NCBI GenBank assembly: GCA_028534125.1 | Contig: CM052818.1 | Location: forward strand, 47,184,001 to 47,248,000 | Source of the DNA: Lama glama | Lineage: Eukaryota | Reading direction: 5' to 3' | Length of the DNA stretch: 64,000 bases | Shown: piece by piece, positions 60,461 through 64,000 of the stretch | How positions within the stretch are numbered: the stretch's first letter is position 1 | Layout of the letters: every line of letters starts with the position of its first letter | The notes under the pieces: generated by a model | Databases searched by the model: none | The model's input: only the letters and a program-made list of their open reading frames with translations | What the model was told of the DNA's origin: nothing | Translations under genes and position numbers: made by a program

Positions 60461-60799
60461 GAAGAGAAGACCTCAAAATATTTCAAGTTAAAGCAATGCT
60501 CTGTTGAATCAAGAAATAATTTCAAATATGCTCATCAAATTAAAAAAGAAAGGAAAAAGGAGCGCTTGTTTTTAAGCTTAATAAAAGTGCTTATTAAAAT
60601 AGATTTGCAGATGCTGAGGCCCATATGCACACGGCGTATCTCTGTTCCCTATATGAATATATTAAGCTCAAAATGTTATCCGCCATATGCACATATCTTC
60701 CTTTATTAAGGCGGTACTCGCGATAAGATTAAGACGAATCACACGAAACTAAATCCACCGATGACCGTCTTCAGCCAGGAATGCTGGCTTCACACTGAA

Positions 60800-61010
60800 T
60801 TCTCCCCCCTTCTTGACTCCCACGTGTAGCCAGTCAGCAAGGCCTGCTGGTTCTATGCCAAAACTGTCTCGGATCTGCCCCCAGGTCCTCCTCCGCGGCC
60901 ATCACTCAGCCCGGGTCACTTTGAGCTCCTGCCTGAACCTCTGAAGCCGCCTTCCAACCCATTACTTCTCTTCCACTCCTGATTCCCTCCGCCCCATTGT
61001 CCCCAAATCA
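60800..61010 (+). mobile_element. L2 remnant
   Basis: ctcccacgtgtagccagtcagcaaggcctgctggttcta..ctcctgcctgaacctctgaagccgccttccaac. Confidence 0.65.
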
Positions 61011-61016
61011 GTAATC

Positions 61017-61420
61017 CTGGTGGCAGTGAGTGCTGCCTGTTTGTGCTCTCTGAGGGTCAGAACTCCTGATTTTGGCACTGACCCCGGAACTGCCCCTTGG
61101 GAACTGTCCCCCTCCGCCGCGTCAGCCTTAGTGGGGCTGCTGATTGAGAAGCCCTCCCTCTCCTCCCGTTGCTGAGGCTGGGGGCACGTGGCCGAAGCTA
61201 GACCGTGAGATGCTTAGTCTGGAGCTGGAATCTGGGGCCAGGGCTGCAAGAGCGAAGGGAGAAGCTGAAAGCTGAGGCTCCATCCCTCCTGCTGCCCAGA
61301 GTACCCTGGTCCTCAGCCTTTGTAAGTGCTCCTTGTTCAGAGATTTTTCTCATTTCAGATTTATTTTATTTACTCAGAACTGATTTCTTTTGTTTGTAAC
61401 AAAAAGCTCTAACTGATCCA
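61017..61420 (+). mobile_element. Ancient MaLR/ERVL LTR remnant
   Basis: 3' end cagaactgatttcttttgtttgtaacaaaaagctctaactgatcca; internal ggggcacgtggccgaagctagacc. Confidence 0.5.
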
Positions 61421-61649
61421 GGGGTCTTTGAGAATACAGAGAGGAAACATTGTTTCCCTATTCAATAAATGAATGGCTTCCCCATGCACAAGAAAGTGCA
61501 AGTATTTCCATGGTGCTGGGTGCTCTGGCCCTGCCTGTGCCCTCCGCGGAAGATGTGATGATCAGATGGCATCAACGGCTTCTACCAAATTACACAACTA
61601 ACAACACTAAGCGACAGAGCAGAGACTGAAATGTTTCTGACTTCACAAT

Positions 61650-62094
61650 TGTATCAGCTGGGATTCTCCAGGGGGAAAGAACCAATAGAATAGATCTGTA
61701 TGTGTGTCTGAATGCCTGCAGTTAAGGAGGCTAGGAAACCCTATGACCCGCCCTCTGCAAGTCTGAGTACTGGGAAAGCTGGTGGTGTGACTCAGTCCGA
61801 GTCCAAAAGCCTGAGAACCAGGGGCACGGATGTCGGGGGGCGGGAGAAGGTGGATGTCCCAGCTTCAGCACAGAGCAAATTCGCTTTTCCTCCAGCTTTC
61901 GTTCTGCTCCGGCCGTCACTGGGCGGGAAGGTACCCAGCTGCATTGGTGCTGGAGCTTGTTTTTCACTCATTCTCCTGCTTCAAACACTAAGTGTCTTCT
62001 GGAAATGCCCTCACAGACACACCCAGAAATGACGTTTATCAGTCACCTGGGCATCTGTTAGCCCCATCAGGCTGACACGTTCAATTAACCATGG
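61650..62094 (-). mobile_element. ERVL solo LTR (MLT2-like)
   Basis: tgtatcag..ggattctccag..agaaccaatag; aaagctggtggtgtgactcagtccgagtccaaaagcctgagaaccagggg; cctcacagacacacccagaaat..attaaccat. Confidence 0.88.
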
Positions 62095-63169
62095 CCAAAA
62101 TCTTCCCTCTTTTCTTCATTTCATAAGATATTTGGTCTCTTTTTCTCATGAACATGTTCCCGAGGATGAGAACACTGCAGGCTACACTCAGTTGTACACA
62201 TGGCGGGTCTTGTTTTCGGAGCTCTGGAAGAATTTATATTATCTTTCTTCTATCAAACTCAATGGCGGTCAAATGGCCCCAGAGTCCAAATTCCTTGAAA
62301 GTTTACCCTAATATCAAATGACTTGTTTAGTTTGTGTAACATTTTTAAAGATGCTGTGTAAATCTTTTTAATTACATGGAAAATTATGTTTGTGACAGAG
62401 AGATTATGGAGGAATTAGTTCAATATGGCCCCATTTGGGGGTAGGAAATAGGCATGGCAGAGAGCTTGTCGCAGACCATCAAATATTTGTCCCTCGGAGT
62501 GAAAGGGCGCTGTGAAATCCTCCCACACTTACCGTCCCTAGTGTTCCTTTCTTGGATACGTTATTTGCAACAAATTTAAAGAAGACTTTACAGGAACCAA
62601 GGCTGGGAACAAAGTGGGCCATGTCTCACTCGTTTCGCTTCTGCCAAATAATCTGTAAATTATAGTCCATTGCTGTGTTTTCATTAATTGCACATATTCT
62701 TTTTCATTTGGCTGCAAATTCCATCACTTTGGCCAAAAATGTGTACTTCTGCGACAGCACGAAGTAAGCACTTTGAAAGGACAAGCAGTTCGGAGAGAGT
62801 AGGTAATTATACCAAGGAAACCAAATGCAAGAGGGGAATAAAGCCCCCGGGATTGAAAGGAGAGAAAACGATTAGACGCAGTGAAATCACCTTACAGCGT
62901 CTTAAAGAACCAGATGGCCGGGCGAGAGTGAAGGGCCACGTGTGCTTGGCCCTGTCCCTCCCCCTCTTACTTCGTGTCTCCACGTCTGTGCGGTGGGATT
63001 CTTTCCTTCCAGTCTCCTTTCTCTAGGACCAGGTGAAGCAGAAGCAGCCTCACCTGAGAGCTGTGGCACAGGACCCACCCTGGAGGCGCTGGGTCATCTC
63101 TGAGCACCTTCTGTGCGTGTCAACTCTGTGCCCTGCATGCACAACTGTGTACTTCTCTCCGTTACACTC

Positions 63170-63330
63170 AGTGTTAGCCGTTATTGTGACCACCTTTTTC
63201 TCCGAAGTGAAAATTGAGTTAGAAACTGTCATGGATTTTCCCAAGAATTCACTGATCAAGCCGACAGCATCAGGGTTTCAGCCCGGGGGGTCTGCCTCCA
63301 GGGCTGGGAAGGCACAGTACTTGAGTCCTG
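63170..63330 (-). mobile_element. MIR remnant
   Basis: ccttttctccgaagtgaaaattgag..ttttcccaagaattcac..cagggtttcagcccggggggtctgcctccagggc. Confidence 0.55.
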
Positions 63331-63529
63331 AATGCCGCCCTCTGCTTTCATCAAAGATCGCCAGAGACAGTGCCGGGCTGCTGGATGGCTTGGGGAAAGT
63401 GCCCCAGTTCATTCTCCCAAAGAAGATTTCAGATCAGCGTGTTTCAGATGACGAAGAGATGAAACTCCTGTGCTTCTGCAGGGGCGGGTGGGTGAGGGGT
63501 GGGGAGAGGTGGGCAGGGCAGCAGGACGA

Positions 63530-63640
63530 CTTTCTATCTTGATTTTGCTGTGTTTGTCCAGACTTGCCAAGTAGAGTTTACCTTAACAGAGTGAATTTTA
63601 TTCTATGTAAGTTATACTTTAATTATAAAACTAGAAATAA
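63530..63640 (+). mobile_element. Ancient L1 3' terminus (L1MC/ME-like)
   Basis: ccttaacagagtgaattttattctatgtaagttatactttaat matches the old-L1 terminal motif gtgaattttattgtatgtaaattatacctcaataaa. Confidence 0.65.
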
Positions 63641-64000
63641 ACATCTCATGATTACTTTTTTTTTTTTCAGGTACAAAACCAGAGCTGGCCATCAGTGGCT
63701 TTGCTATTGAGCAAAGTCTAAGTCGAATTCCCATAAAGGATGGAACCATCACTTGTTCAGACTCACCCCTGAGCTTGGACACCTTTGCAAACTCAGTCTT
63801 ATTACAAAAAGATAAGATTTATAGTTGGTTAAAAGCAAACTTAAATCCTCTCCTGTGTAGTCCTAGTCATCCGAGAGAGAAGAACCTTTTTTTTTTTTTT
63901 TAATTTAAACAAACGATTTGAGTTACTTCGGATTAGTAGACTGGGGATGTTTTGCAGGACATCACTTCCCCATATTTAATCACACAATTAAATGTATTTT

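Noticed and set aside
1..64000. Prokaryotic-type system (CRISPR array, operon, defence island) or any multi-gene novel system
   Set aside because: The sequence is mammalian and repeat-laden, with no regularly spaced direct repeats and no dense ORF structure

Overview
This is a 64-kb stretch of mammalian non-coding DNA, either intronic or intergenic. It is most likely from a camelid, because it carries four tRNA-Ala-derived vic-1-type SINEs. I could not recognise any protein-coding exon, RNA gene, CRISPR array or prokaryotic system, and I cannot name the host locus. The only ORFs with recognisable protein similarity are broken LINE-1 ORF2 fragments; the rest of the ORF track looks like chance. 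The window is a mosaic of ancient repeats (MIR, L2, L1M, MaLR/ERVL LTRs, hAT MITEs) and younger insertions with visible target-site duplications (5'-truncated L1s, SINEs, a nested ERV1 solo-LTR pair). Between them lie repeat-free, motif-dense stretches that may be enhancers. The observations most worth checking are: (i) CpG-rich peaks at about 13.6-14.4, 30.8-31.7 and 38.6-39.1 kb that appear to be ancient L2/MIR copies shifted toward G/C, suggesting GC-biased gene conversion; (ii) a compact module at 12.13-12.20 kb with two palindromes (paired ARE/MARE, ETS, NF-kB/TGGGAA); (iii) a SINE at 60.35 kb that may carry a 3' transduction; (iv) an ISRE plus a minus-strand TATA element near 60.0 kb. 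Repeat subfamily names come from my recall of consensus sequences, not from a RepeatMasker run. All motif-based calls are hypotheses. I found no evidence of a new multi-gene system.
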